41,238 nt of DNA from Polyangiales bacterium (GCA_038231275.1 JBBRLQ010000049.1:1-41238), one strand, 5' to 3'; shown: positions 25,234 to 34,851, counted from the stretch's first letter. A program made the numbers and translations. The notes: generated by a model not told the origin, from the letters alone.

Positions 25234-26889
25234 ATGCGCTCACCGGCCCTGCCCCTCCTCTTGTCCATCGCGCTCTTCAGCCTGGCGGTCGCGGCGAGCG
25301 CGGCGGTCATCGGCTGCGCCGGGCCCGAGGTCGGGGACCCGCCGGCGGTCGCCGATCCGACCGCGTCCTCCCCGCCCGGCGATCCGAACGTGCCGGAGGC
25401 AGGCGCGATCGTGCCGGGTCCCTTGCAGCACGGCGACGCGGGAGCCGAAGGCGGCGCGGGCGACCTCGGACCGGGTGGCGACTTCCGCGGGTACGCCGAC
25501 GCCGTCGCCGCGTCGCTCCGAGGCTTCTACGATCCGACGACCGGCCTCTTCCCGTCGACCGGCTGGTGGAACTCCGCCAACGCGATCACAGCGCTCGCCG
25601 ACTACTCGCTCCGCACCGGCTCGCGCCAGTTCGTCTCGGACTTCGGGACGACGTTCGACAAGAACCGCAGCAAGAATTTCTTGAACGAGTACTACGACGA
25701 CGAGGGCTGGTGGGCGCTCGCGTGGATCAAGGTCTTCGACGTCACGAAGGACGCGCGGTACCTCGACATGGCGAAGGTCATCTTCACCGACATGACCGGC
25801 GGCTGGGACGCGACGTGCGGCGGCGGCATTTGGTGGAGCAAGGCGCGCGGCTACAAGAACGCGATCGCCAACGAGCTCTTCCTCGAGGTCGCCGTGCGCT
25901 TGCACCAGCGAACGCCCAGCGGCGCCACCGGCGCGGGGAGCTACCTCGACTGGGCGAAGCGCGAGTGGGCGTGGTTCGACGCGTCGGGGCTCGTCGGCGA
26001 CGTCGGGCTCGTGAACGACGGGCTCGACGGCGCGTGCAAGAACAACAAGCAGGCGACGTGGTCCTACAACCAAGGCGTCGTCGTCGGCGGCCTCATCGAG
26101 CTCGCCGACGCGACGGGCGACGCCACGCTCCTCGCGCGCGCGTCTGCGATCGCGACGGCGGCGATGACCAAGCTCACCGACGCGCGCGGCGTCCTCGGCG
26201 AGCCGTGCGGAACGGCGTGCGGCGGTCCCGACGTCCCGCAGTTCAAGGGCATCTTCGCGCGCCACCTCGCGTCGCTCTTCGCAGTGACCGGCGACGCCCG
26301 CGCGCGCGCATTCCTCGCGACGAACGCCGACTGGGTGTGGAACGCCGCGCGCGGGCCCGGCGACGACATCGGCCTCTTCTGGGGCGGCGCGTTCGACAAG
26401 GCGGACGCGGCGCGCCAGTCCGCCGCGCTCGACCTCATGAACGCTGCGATCCCTTTCGCCGAGCCCGCGACCAACGCGCTCCTCCACAAGACCGCCACCG
26501 CCAACGGCACGTGCGCCGCCGATCAAGGCGCCGAGAAGGCGTTCGACGGCGTCGGCGCGACGAAGTGGTGCTCCGGCGCGACGGCCGGCGCCTACTGGCT
26601 CGCCCTCGACGTCGGCGCGACGACCTCGGTCAGCCGCGTGATCGTTCGCCACGCCGGCGCGGGCGGCGAGAGCCAAGCGTGGAACACCCGCGATTTCACG
26701 CTCGAGACGAGCACCGACGGAACCGCGTGGACCAAGATCGCGACGGTGACGGGCAACACGCTGCCGGTCACCATCCATCGCTTCCCCGCCGTGACGGCCC
26801 AGCACGTGCGCCTGAGCATCACGGCCGCGCAGACCGATACGTCCTACGTCGCCGCGCGCATCTACGAGGTCGAAGCGTACGCGCGGTGA
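25234..26889 (+). CDS. GH76 alpha-1,6-mannanase-like lipoprotein with C-terminal F5/8 type C (CBM32) domain
   Basis: WWNSANA; catalytic YYDDEGWW; GGIWW; YKNAIANELF; WSYNQG; FKGIF; AFDG...TKW...ARIYEVE. Confidence 0.92.
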   Translation: MRSPALPLLLSIALFSLAVAASAAVIGCAGPEVGDPPAVADPTASSPPGDPNVPEAGAIVPGPLQHGDAGAEGGAGDLGPGGDFRGYADAVAASLRGFYDPTTGLFPSTGWWNSANAITALADYSLRTGSRQFVSDFGTTFDKNRSKNFLNEYYDDEGWWALAWIKVFDVTKDARYLDMAKVIFTDMTGGWDATCGGGIWWSKARGYKNAIANELFLEVAVRLHQRTPSGATGAGSYLDWAKREWAWFDASGLVGDVGLVNDGLDGACKNNKQATWSYNQGVVVGGLIELADATGDATLLARASAIATAAMTKLTDARGVLGEPCGTACGGPDVPQFKGIFARHLASLFAVTGDARARAFLATNADWVWNAARGPGDDIGLFWGGAFDKADAARQSAALDLMNAAIPFAEPATNALLHKTATANGTCAADQGAEKAFDGVGATKWCSGATAGAYWLALDVGATTSVSRVIVRHAGAGGESQAWNTRDFTLETSTDGTAWTKIATVTGNTLPVTIHRFPAVTAQHVRLSITAAQTDTSYVAARIYEVEAYAR

Positions 26890-26893
26890 CGAC

Positions 26894-28285
26894 TCACAGG
26901 CACGGACGCGTCGGCAAGACGAGAGGCGGCAGCGGCGCCTGCGTGAAGTCGAAGGCGCCGAAGAGATCGTTGGCCTGCCCGTCCTGCGCGGCGGGATCGA
27001 TGTCGCTCAGCGTCCGCTTCGCGCCGAAGATCTTCCCGATGAAGCGCGGGATGCTCGCCTGCTCCGCGGTCTCCTTCAGCACGAAGTGAGGGCGCGCGTA
27101 CGGCGATATCACGATGAGCGGGACGCGGAAGCCGAGCCCGTACGGCTTGGACTTGTCGCACCCGTATTGCCGGGGCGGCGGCACGTGATCGTACCAGCCG
27201 CCATAGTCGTCCATCGTGAAGAGGACGGCGGTGTCCTTCCAGTAGTCGCTGCCCATGAGCTTGTTGAGCTTGGTGACGGTCCAGTTCTCGCCGGCGCACA
27301 CGCTGCCGACTTGCGGGTGCTCGTCGTCGAGATCCTGATCGACGAGCCAGCTCACGTTGGGCAGCGTGTGGTTGTCGATGTCGGACTCGAACTCGGTGAC
27401 GTTGACCACGTTCTTCCATCCGGCTCCGTTGCGGACGCCGTCGACCGCGTCGAACATCGACCAGATCTCCGGCAGGACGTAGAAGTTGGTGCCGTAGAAC
27501 TTCCAGCTCACGTCGCCGGGAAGGATGTCCGGCACCGTCGGGATCTTGAAGCAGGGGAAGACTTGCTTGGACGAGCACGTCGCCTGATCGTCGATCGGGA
27601 GGCGCGCGTCGGGCGACTGATCGCAGCCCCAGTAGGCGCTCGTCACGTTGTCGGGGTTGCTCGTCGCCCAGCCGGCCTGCGCCGCGAGGACGAAAAGGTG
27701 GCCGGGGAAGCTCGGACCGAGGACGTTGGCGAAGAAGTGATCGCCGAGCGTGAACGCGCGCGCGTACGCCCAGTAGTTGGGGATGTCGGCCTCTTGGTAC
27801 TGCGCGTACGCGAGGGCGCTGGCGCTGGCGGAGCCGCCGGGCAGGTCCCAGCCGTTCATCGCGCCGGCGTTCCAATTGATGAGCGCGCCGGGGTGGTCGT
27901 GATCGATGTCGCTCGGCGTGCGATCGGGCGCGCGCCCGCACGCGAAGGTGGCGCCGTCGTGCTTGGTGCAGGTCGTCGTCCCCTCGGCGCCGGGAAACGA
28001 GCCGAAGTAGTTGTCGAAGGTGTGGTTCTCTTTGACGACGACGACGATGTGCTTGATGGGGTACGCGGACGTCGGCCGCGGCGCGGCGTCGGGCAGCGCA
28101 GCATCCGCGTTCGAAGCGTCCGTCGACCCTGCGTCGGGGCCCGCCTCTCCGGCGCCCGAATCACCGCCAGCGCCTCCTTCAGAGGGCGCGGCGCTCGGAT
28201 CCGCGCCGGGCGAACCGCCGCCGCAGCCCACGACCCATGCGGTCAGGAAGAAGGCAGCGAGCCGCGGGGCGGGAAGTATTTGCAT
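26894..28285 (-). CDS. Phosphoesterase family (phospholipase C / AcpA-like) lipoprotein
   Basis: Lipobox VVGC; IKHIVVVVKENHTFDNYFG; GPSFPGH; DDYGGWYDHVPPP; GFRVPLIVISPY. Confidence 0.92.
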   Translation of the reverse strand: MQILPAPRLAAFFLTAWVVGCGGGSPGADPSAAPSEGGAGGDSGAGEAGPDAGSTDASNADAALPDAAPRPTSAYPIKHIVVVVKENHTFDNYFGSFPGAEGTTTCTKHDGATFACGRAPDRTPSDIDHDHPGALINWNAGAMNGWDLPGGSASASALAYAQYQEADIPNYWAYARAFTLGDHFFANVLGPSFPGHLFVLAAQAGWATSNPDNVTSAYWGCDQSPDARLPIDDQATCSSKQVFPCFKIPTVPDILPGDVSWKFYGTNFYVLPEIWSMFDAVDGVRNGAGWKNVVNVTEFESDIDNHTLPNVSWLVDQDLDDEHPQVGSVCAGENWTVTKLNKLMGSDYWKDTAVLFTMDDYGGWYDHVPPPRQYGCDKSKPYGLGFRVPLIVISPYARPHFVLKETAEQASIPRFIGKIFGAKRTLSDIDPAAQDGQANDLFGAFDFTQAPLPPLVLPTRPCL

Positions 28286-28390
28286 TGCAAGTGCAAATTC
28301 ACGCGGCGACGGGCGCGGGGCAACCGAATTCGCCCCGCGAGACGCCCGGGTGACGGCGCCGCCTCCGTCATCCTCGTCGGCCGGCCGGCC

Positions 28391-29122
28391 TCAGGGGCAG
28401 TACGATTTCACGTAGTTGTAGTACGTGGTGCACGTCGCGTCGTTGCCCGCCGCCGAGTCGTGCGCCTGCTGGCAGCCGCTCTTGATGTTGGCGTCGGCGA
28501 TCTTGTCGCAACACGTCTGGAGCGTCGCGCACGTCACGCCGCCGCCGCCGCTGGAGCCGCTGGTGCCGCTGGCGCCGCTCGTGCCGCTGGCGCCGCTACT
28601 GCCGCTCGAGCCGGTCGTCATGCACGCGGGCTTGGTGCAGTTCGCGCCGCTCACGCACGTGCTGAGCTTGACCGAGCAGTTCTGACACCCGGTGTCGGGC
28701 GTCGGGCACTTGACGATGCACGCGTTGTCGCCGCAGGCGCACTTCGAGATGCAGCCGATGTACGCCGAGCACGAGCCGCCGGTGAAGTCGCCGCTCTTGT
28801 AGGCTGCGCCGTAGCACTCCTTGTAGGTGGTGTCGCACGCGGCGGCGACGCAGTTGTCGTACGTGTCGACGTCGGCCTGCGAGCAGCTCGACTGGGTCGA
28901 ATTGGGGCAGCTCTTGAAGCCGCCGCTGGACGAGCCCGAGGTGCCGGAGGTACCCGACGTGCCGGAAGTGCCTGAGGTTCCGGAGGTGCCGGCGGTGCCC
29001 GAGGTGCCGGAGGTGCCCGAGGTGCCGGACGACGAGCTCGTGGTGGTGGAGCTGCACGCGAAGACGAGGCCGAGCGTGAGCGCGGCGGTGGTGATGATGG
29101 TCTTCCGAGTGGTGATGATCAT
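28391..29122 (-). CDS. Cys-rich lipoprotein with SGT-repeat linkers
   Basis: GGAGG RBS; lipobox VFAC; (SGT)n linkers; two Cys-rich domains. Confidence 0.82.
   Translation of the reverse strand: MIITTRKTIITTAALTLGLVFACSSTTTSSSSGTSGTSGTSGTAGTSGTSGTSGTSGTSGTSGSSSGGFKSCPNSTQSSCSQADVDTYDNCVAAACDTTYKECYGAAYKSGDFTGGSCSAYIGCISKCACGDNACIVKCPTPDTGCQNCSVKLSTCVSGANCTKPACMTTGSSGSSGASGTSGASGTSGSSGGGGVTCATLQTCCDKIADANIKSGCQQAHDSAAGNDATCTTYYNYVKSYCP
28934..29029 (-). repeat. 9-bp coding tandem repeat (Ser-Gly-Thr)n, about 10 copies
   Basis: tcs-ggc-acc units seen directly. Confidence 0.85.
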
Positions 29123-29212
29123 GGGAACCTCCGAGGTCGGTTGGGACGGGACCGGACACGGACCCGGGAACCGTGGCACTTAACCCCCTTCGGGACCCCG
29201 CGGCAACGCCTT

Positions 29213-29839
29213 TTACCGAGGATTCTTGAAGGACGACGCGGCCGCGCGGACCTTGGCGACGATCTCGGCGGGCGACGCGCGATCGGTCATGTTCTCGCCG
29301 ATCTGCTTCCAGAGGATGGCGCGATCTTGGGAGACGATGAAGACGGCGGGCACTGCGATATCGCGCCCCTCCATCGCCACGCCGTACGCGGCGGCCACGT
29401 GCAGATCGGCGTCGCCGAGGAGGCGGAAGTGGAGATCGAGCTCCTTGGCGAGCTTCACCGACTCGTCGGCGGCGTCGACGCTGATGGCGACGAGGCTACC
29501 GCCCTGCGCTTCGATCTCTCCGCGAACACTCTCCAGCTGCCCGAGCTGGCGGCGACAGAAGGGTCACCAGAAGCCGCGGTAGAAGACGAGGACCGCGGGC
29601 CCGCGTGCGGTGAGCGCGGCGAGGGTGGTGGTGGCGCCGCTCTGATCCTCGAGAGAAAAATCCGGCGCGTGCGCGGTGGCCACGACCGATCCCGCGCGGC
29701 GCGATATCGGCTTGTACACACCGATCGCGACGACGATCGCGAGGAGGGCGACGATGCCGAAGATCGCGAGCGCGATGATCCGGAGGACGCGCCGCTTTCG
29801 CGGTTTCTTCGGCGGCGTTTCGGCGGCGTCGGTCGTCAC
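29213..29839 (-). CDS. Membrane-anchored peroxiredoxin-like (AhpC/TSA) selenoprotein with UxxC motif; TGA at 29564-29566 read as Sec
   Basis: Track ORFs 29564..30211 and 29213..29458 are in the same frame. Read-through gives APDFSLEDQSG...VLVFYRGFW-U-PFCRRQL...VAISVD...AVPAVFIV. A hairpin follows the TGA. Confidence 0.85.
29533..29549 (-). promoter_or_regulatory. Putative bacterial SECIS hairpin CCAGCU-CGGGC-AGCUGG
   Basis: 6-bp perfect stem starting 14 nt after the in-frame UGA, with a G-containing apical loop. Confidence 0.65.
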
Positions 29840-29871
29840 GCGAGGCAGGTTACCACGAGGCTCCGACGCGC

Positions 29872-31407
29872 TCAGGCGAAGAGATCGGCGACCTTGCGCG
29901 CGTCGCCGGCTTCCATCGCTGCTTCGACCTCGAGGCTGAGCGAGTCGTCGCCGACCGTCGCCACCGCGAGCACGCGCCCTGCGCGCTCGAAGGCCGCGGC
30001 GTACTTTCCGGACGCAAGCGTGCCGCGCGTACGGATCTTGTCCCACCCCTCGGCGTGCCCGACGTAGTTGATGGTGGTGTCGTAGTGCGCGCTCCAGAAG
30101 AAGGGCACGTCGCGGAAAGGAGCGCCGTCGCCGAGCATCGCGCGCGCGACCGCTTGGCCTTGGCGCTCCGCGTAGGCCCAGTGCTCGATGCGGACGAGCG
30201 CGCCCGACCATGCCTCGGGCAAGCGCGCGATGTCGCCCGCCGCGTACACGCCTTCCGCGCTGGTGCGCAGCTTCTCGTCGACGACAACGCCGCGGTCCAC
30301 CCGAAGCCCCGCGTTCTCCGCGAGCGCGACGTTGGGCGTGACGCCGACGCCGAGCACCACGAAGTCGGCGGCGAGGCGCGTCCCGCTCTCGAGCACGACC
30401 GCGTCGTCGGGGATCTGCGACGGCTTCTGCTCCATGTGGAACCGCACGCCGTTCTTTTCGTGCAGCGCCTTCACGAAGGCGCCGATCTCGTCGCCGACGA
30501 CGCGCGCGAGCGGGATCTTCTCTGCTCCCACGACATCCACCTCGACGCCTCGCGCGCGGAGCGACGCCGCGACCTCGAGCCCGATGAAGCTCGCGCCGAT
30601 CACGACCGCGCGCGCTCCGCTCGTTGCTTTCGCGACGATCGCGCGCGAGTCGGCGAGCGTGCGGAGGACGAAGACGTTCGCAGACTCCGCGCCCGGCACG
30701 TCGAGCGTTCGCGGAGCGGATCCGGTCGCGAGGAGGAGCGCGCCGTATGCGAGGCGTCGTCCGCTCGTCAAGGTCACGCTCTGCGCGTTCGTGTCGAGCA
30801 GCGCCGCCGCGTCCCCCATCACGAGCTCCACGCCGTGCTCGCGATAGAACGCCGCGTCACGCAGCGGAATCCACTCCTCCGGCGCCTTCCCCGCGAGGTA
30901 GTCCTTCGAGAGGTTCGGCCGATCGACGGGCCCGGGCGGCTCATCGGCGACGAGCGCGATCGCCCCCACGTACCCGAGACGACGCAGCCCCTCCGCGCAT
31001 GCCGCCCCCGCCGCGCCGCCGCCGACGATGACGACCGAGCTCGGCCCCTTCGCCGCGCCCGGCTTCTCGTCCACGCGCTTCTTCCCGACGCGCACGAGCG
31101 CTCCCGCGCGCACGACCTCGAAGCACGCGAGCGGCGTCAGCGCCGGCGCCGCCGCGCGCCCCGTCGCGAGATCGAAGCACGCGTGGTGCCACGGACAACG
31201 CACGGTGCCGCCCACGACGAGCCCCTCCGCGAGCGGCCCCGAATAATGCGTGCAGGTTGCACTCGTCGCGTGCACGGCCTCGCCGACGCGCACGAGCATC
31301 ACGGCCTCGCCGCCCGCGTGCCCGAGGAGCGGCCGCCCCTCTTCGAGCCTGCTCGCGTCGACCCCCGCGGACAGATCCGGCCCCGTCAGCTCCGCTGCTT
31401 GCCCCAT
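29872..31407 (-). CDS. Rieske [2Fe-2S]-fused FAD-dependent NAD(P)H oxidoreductase (AIFM3/ferredoxin-reductase-like)
   Basis: CTHYSGPL and CPWHHACF (Rieske); IVGGGAAG; DRPNLSK; IGASFIGLE; YAAGD; VPFFWS. Confidence 0.92.
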   Translation of the reverse strand: MGQAAELTGPDLSAGVDASRLEEGRPLLGHAGGEAVMLVRVGEAVHATSATCTHYSGPLAEGLVVGGTVRCPWHHACFDLATGRAAAPALTPLACFEVVRAGALVRVGKKRVDEKPGAAKGPSSVVIVGGGAAGAACAEGLRRLGYVGAIALVADEPPGPVDRPNLSKDYLAGKAPEEWIPLRDAAFYREHGVELVMGDAAALLDTNAQSVTLTSGRRLAYGALLLATGSAPRTLDVPGAESANVFVLRTLADSRAIVAKATSGARAVVIGASFIGLEVAASLRARGVEVDVVGAEKIPLARVVGDEIGAFVKALHEKNGVRFHMEQKPSQIPDDAVVLESGTRLAADFVVLGVGVTPNVALAENAGLRVDRGVVVDEKLRTSAEGVYAAGDIARLPEAWSGALVRIEHWAYAERQGQAVARAMLGDGAPFRDVPFFWSAHYDTTINYVGHAEGWDKIRTRGTLASGKYAAAFERAGRVLAVATVGDDSLSLEVEAAMEAGDARKVADLFA

Positions 31408-31460
31408 GCGCCACTCCTGCGCCGCGTGGAGACCCGCGTCAAGAGTGGCTTTTCCAGGGG

Positions 31461-31489
31461 TTGTGCGCTCCGTCGCGCGGTCTTATGTT
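31461..31489 (+). promoter_or_regulatory. Sigma70 promoter of ssrA, TTGTGC-N17-TATGTT
   Basis: 17-nt spacer; 23 nt upstream of the mature tmRNA 5' end. Confidence 0.55.
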
Positions 31490-31512
31490 GCACGGGCCTC
31501 ATCCTCACTTTC

Positions 31513-31873
<361 letters not shown>

Positions 31874-31917
31874 CGTAACAAGCTGGAAGAACCACCAACA
31901 GGCGCCCCCCGAAGAGG

Positions 31918-32190
31918 GGCCGCCTCCATCACGCCTCCAAAACCACGCGCCCGATCGAGCAGGCCGATCGCCGCGTCGCGGTCCGTGGACGAGAGCCCAT
32001 GTAGCCGGACGTCGTGCTGATGTGCTCGTGGCCGGCGAGCTCCTTGATCGCCAGCACCGAGGCGCCCGCCGCGGCGAGGGAAGAACAGAACGGCTCGCGG
32101 CCGTCGTCTTGATAGAGGACGCGCTCGCCGCGAAGGTGACGGTGCCTGGAGAGAGCGTTCGGCCAGAGCGGAAGTCATCGTGACGATCCG
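31918..32190 (-). pseudogene. Decayed tyrosine recombinase/integrase C-terminal fragment beside the tmRNA 3' end
   Basis: Frame 32147-31998 reads RHRHLRGERVLYQDDGREPFCSSLAAAGASVLAIKELAGHEHISTTSGYM (box II LxGH..I.TT..Y). The HxxR motif is missing and there are frameshifts on both sides. Confidence 0.8.
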
Positions 32191-32306
32191 CTCTGGCTGG
32201 CTCAGGCTCACCGATCGCGATTGGAGCTCGGGATCGCCGCGTCCCAACGATCACGCGCCCGCGGATTGCAGCAATGGCATTCCCCGCTCTCGCCCGGCCC
32301 GCGACG

Positions 32307-33992
32307 TCAGTGGAACTTTCGATAGTGGAGGAGCGCGGCGAGGTTGTCCTCTTGCCAGAAGCTCTCCGAGAGGAACGTCGCGTCGCGGCAGCGAGTCCAC
32401 ACCCATTTGTCGAACTGGGCGAGCGGTGCCCACCCCTCGCAGCCGACGTTGGCGTTGTCGGTCATCGTGGGGGTCGGCCTTCCATCGATGCCCTTCGAGA
32501 GCAGGTTGCGCGGACCGTTGGGGTTTTGAAAGTCGTACGTCCAGATCCTGCGCAAGAACGTGTTCGCGAAGCGCACGAACAGCGGCGTGCTCAGCCCGAG
32601 GCTCTCGCTCCGGCCGGCGCGCGTGAGCATGGCGTTCAGCAGGATCTTGTCCTCCAGGAGCGTCGCCAGCGAGCCGAGCTCGAAGCCGGCGTGCGCCGTA
32701 TCTTGGAGCGTGTGCTTCCCCAAGATCCCGATCCCCGGCTCTTGAGTGTCCCACTCGAAGTACGGCGTGCCGTCGTCGAGCGTCTTGGTGCGAAGGTGCT
32801 TGTCGTAGAAGGTGAAGTTCTTGGCGATGAGACGCGGAGCCTCATTCACACCGAGGTTGACGCGCCCCGCGTTGTTCGCGCTCGCGCGGTAGAGCGCGCT
32901 GTCGCTCGCGATGGCGGCCTCGGCGAGCGCTTTCATCATCGAGAGGTTCTCGTTGTACGCGATGGGCTTGCCCGCCGTGTCGCGGTAGCCGCTGCACGCG
33001 TGTTGAAGCTTGTCGTCGCCGGTGTTGCACGCGAGCTGCGCGTACGTCGCAGGGACGGTGAAATACGCCCACGGGTCGCCGTCGGTGAGGTGCATCTCGT
33101 GGCGGTAGCCCGCATACGAGTCGAGCGTCGCCGTGATGAAGCGGATGGCCTCGGAGGCGTACGTGCACCCGCCAAATCCGTTGGGAAAATGGGGCGAAGG
33201 CGCTTTTCGGGTGTGCGCGCAGGACGTCGCCTGGAGCGCGGGGTTGTCGGTCACTCGGCGCGCGAACGCCGCCATGGGGTACGTGAGCAAGCCGGTCGTG
33301 ACGACGTCGGTGTTCCACTTGCCGTCGCGGTCGGGCGTGCACCCGCCCCACGAGGGCATCAGGCGCCCGCGAAAGGCGTCGGCGGGCCGATAGCTGGTGA
33401 CGCAATGCGGGAACGGAGCGTGGAACAGACGCAGGTCGTCTCGGTTCGCGAGAAACACGTCGGCCATGCGGCGCAATCGCTCGAGATATTTTCCGGCGCG
33501 CGCTGCGTCGACCGGCGCGACGAGATCGTAGAGGTGCACGAGCGCGACGGTGCGACGGGCGAAGTACCACACCGGCGGCAGCACTCCGACCTTGAACGCG
33601 TTGTCGAACTCCGTCTGGATCCCCGCTGCCTCGTCGTCGTCCGAGTTCGAAAAGAAGCGCGCCCAGACCCACTCGGAGTCGGAGACGATGGTCGCGCTGT
33701 CGTTCGCGTCGCCGATGGTGAACCCCGTCGGCCCTTTCGACGGCCCCGGCGTGATCGGCGGCGGCAGCGTGCCGCCCGGCCGGTGCGGCGGCGGCGGTGC
33801 GGTGGTCGCGGGCAGGGGCGTCCTCGGGCCGAGGTCGGGGCGGCCTCCCGGCTGCGCGTCGCAGATGCCGCTCACACACGTCGCCGCGATCCCGGCGAGG
33901 AGCGACACGAAGGGCGCGTATCGGCTTCGGTCATTGCGCCGCCGCGGTATCTGGCTGCTTCCGCTGCTGCTGCTGCTGCGTGACGTACTCAT
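32307..33992 (-). CDS. Uncharacterised secreted protein, possibly an alpha/alpha-toroid enzyme
   Basis: About 561 aa with GC-biased codons; hydrophobic signal-like segment; Pro linker; helical aromatic-rich body. Start ATG 33992 lies below a sigma54 promoter. Confidence 0.7.
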   Translation of the reverse strand: MSTSRSSSSSGSSQIPRRRNDRSRYAPFVSLLAGIAATCVSGICDAQPGGRPDLGPRTPLPATTAPPPPHRPGGTLPPPITPGPSKGPTGFTIGDANDSATIVSDSEWVWARFFSNSDDDEAAGIQTEFDNAFKVGVLPPVWYFARRTVALVHLYDLVAPVDAARAGKYLERLRRMADVFLANRDDLRLFHAPFPHCVTSYRPADAFRGRLMPSWGGCTPDRDGKWNTDVVTTGLLTYPMAAFARRVTDNPALQATSCAHTRKAPSPHFPNGFGGCTYASEAIRFITATLDSYAGYRHEMHLTDGDPWAYFTVPATYAQLACNTGDDKLQHACSGYRDTAGKPIAYNENLSMMKALAEAAIASDSALYRASANNAGRVNLGVNEAPRLIAKNFTFYDKHLRTKTLDDGTPYFEWDTQEPGIGILGKHTLQDTAHAGFELGSLATLLEDKILLNAMLTRAGRSESLGLSTPLFVRFANTFLRRIWTYDFQNPNGPRNLLSKGIDGRPTPTMTDNANVGCEGWAPLAQFDKWVWTRCRDATFLSESFWQEDNLAALLHYRKFH

Positions 33993-34022
33993 TGGATGGC
34001 CCCCATGGTTCGAGACGGACGG

Positions 34023-34038
34023 AGCACGGCGTGTGCCA
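34023..34038 (-). promoter_or_regulatory. Sigma54 promoter TGGCACACGCCGTGCT
   Basis: TGGCAC with GG-N10-GC spacing; 30 nt above ATG 33992. Confidence 0.65.
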
Positions 34039-34256
34039 CACGCAACCCCGCGAAGGTGCACGGAAGGCCGCCGGATCGCAACGCCCACCGCGTTGCATGC
34101 CACGTGGGCGCTCACATGCAGAGGCCGTTGACGCAGGCCAGCATGCTCGCCGAGCAGCTCACGCACGCCTGCGCGAGGACGACGATCTCCGCTGAGGCGC
34201 AAGGACGCTCCGCGCCTCATTGACGGGCGCCTCCTTCGGACGGGATACTTTCGCCG

Positions 34257-34634
34257 ATGATCGCGGCGCGCATTCGAGCCAGCATCGAGGCCTACGTCGC
34301 GGCGTGGAACGAGCGCGACGCCGCGCAGCGGATTCGGCTCATCGAGCAAGCCTGCGCCGAGGACCTGCGCATGCGAACGCCGGGGAAGCGGATCGACGGG
34401 CGGGCGGAGCTCGATGCCCTGATCGCCGACTTCCAAGTGCGGCGCCCGGGCGAGCGCGCGGTCCTCTTGAGCATCATCGACGTCCAGGGCCACGTCTTTC
34501 GGTTTGCCGGGAGAGTCGAGGGCGGGGCGATTACGCCTGGAGGCAACGCGTTCGACGCCGGGGAGTGCGACGACGACGGGCGGATCCGCGTTCTCCTCTC
34601 CTTCGTCGGCGCCGACCTCCCTTCCCGGACGTAG
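34257..34634 (+). CDS. SnoaL/NTF2-like protein
   Basis: YVAAWNERDAAQR...GRAEL...DDDGRI...F pattern. Confidence 0.75.
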   Translation: MIAARIRASIEAYVAAWNERDAAQRIRLIEQACAEDLRMRTPGKRIDGRAELDALIADFQVRRPGERAVLLSIIDVQGHVFRFAGRVEGGAITPGGNAFDAGECDDDGRIRVLLSFVGADLPSRT

Positions 34635-34810
34635 ACACCCCAATCGTGTTGCGGTCCGTGAGATTCCTGCGGAAATGGCGCTCGTGCTGCGAGTCAACGC
34701 CGAGGACGGGCTCGCGGCGAAGGTGCCGGTGCAGCGTCGATGCCGCAACGTTGCGGCGCCGATGCCGCAGTGTCCCCTCGAATCTCGCCGAACCAGCGGG
34801 CGGGCGAGGC

Positions 34811-34826
34811 TGGCCGCCAGCTTGCA
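34811..34826 (+). promoter_or_regulatory. Sigma54 promoter TGGCCGCCAGCTTGCA
   Basis: TGGC-N7-TTGCA; upstream palindrome GCCGCAACGTTGCGGC at 34742-34757. Confidence 0.65.
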
Positions 34827-34851
34827 AAGAGGGGCGTCGGCGAGGTGACTC

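Noticed and set aside
28934..29029. Short periodic repeats here and at 19560-19760 and 12730-12830 as possible CRISPR or non-coding arrays
   Set aside because: They are codon-phased Ser/Gly/Thr or Gly linkers inside genes. There are no unique spacers and no cas genes.
29564..29566. Treating the TGA as a nonsense mutation (peroxiredoxin pseudogene)
   Set aside because: It falls precisely on the redox Cys position, is followed by a SECIS-like hairpin, and both halves are intact. Sec is the simpler reading, pending a check for sel genes.
31901..31924. GC hairpin after ssrA as an intrinsic terminator
   Set aside because: Imperfect stem with no U-tract, and it overlaps the integrase-remnant end.
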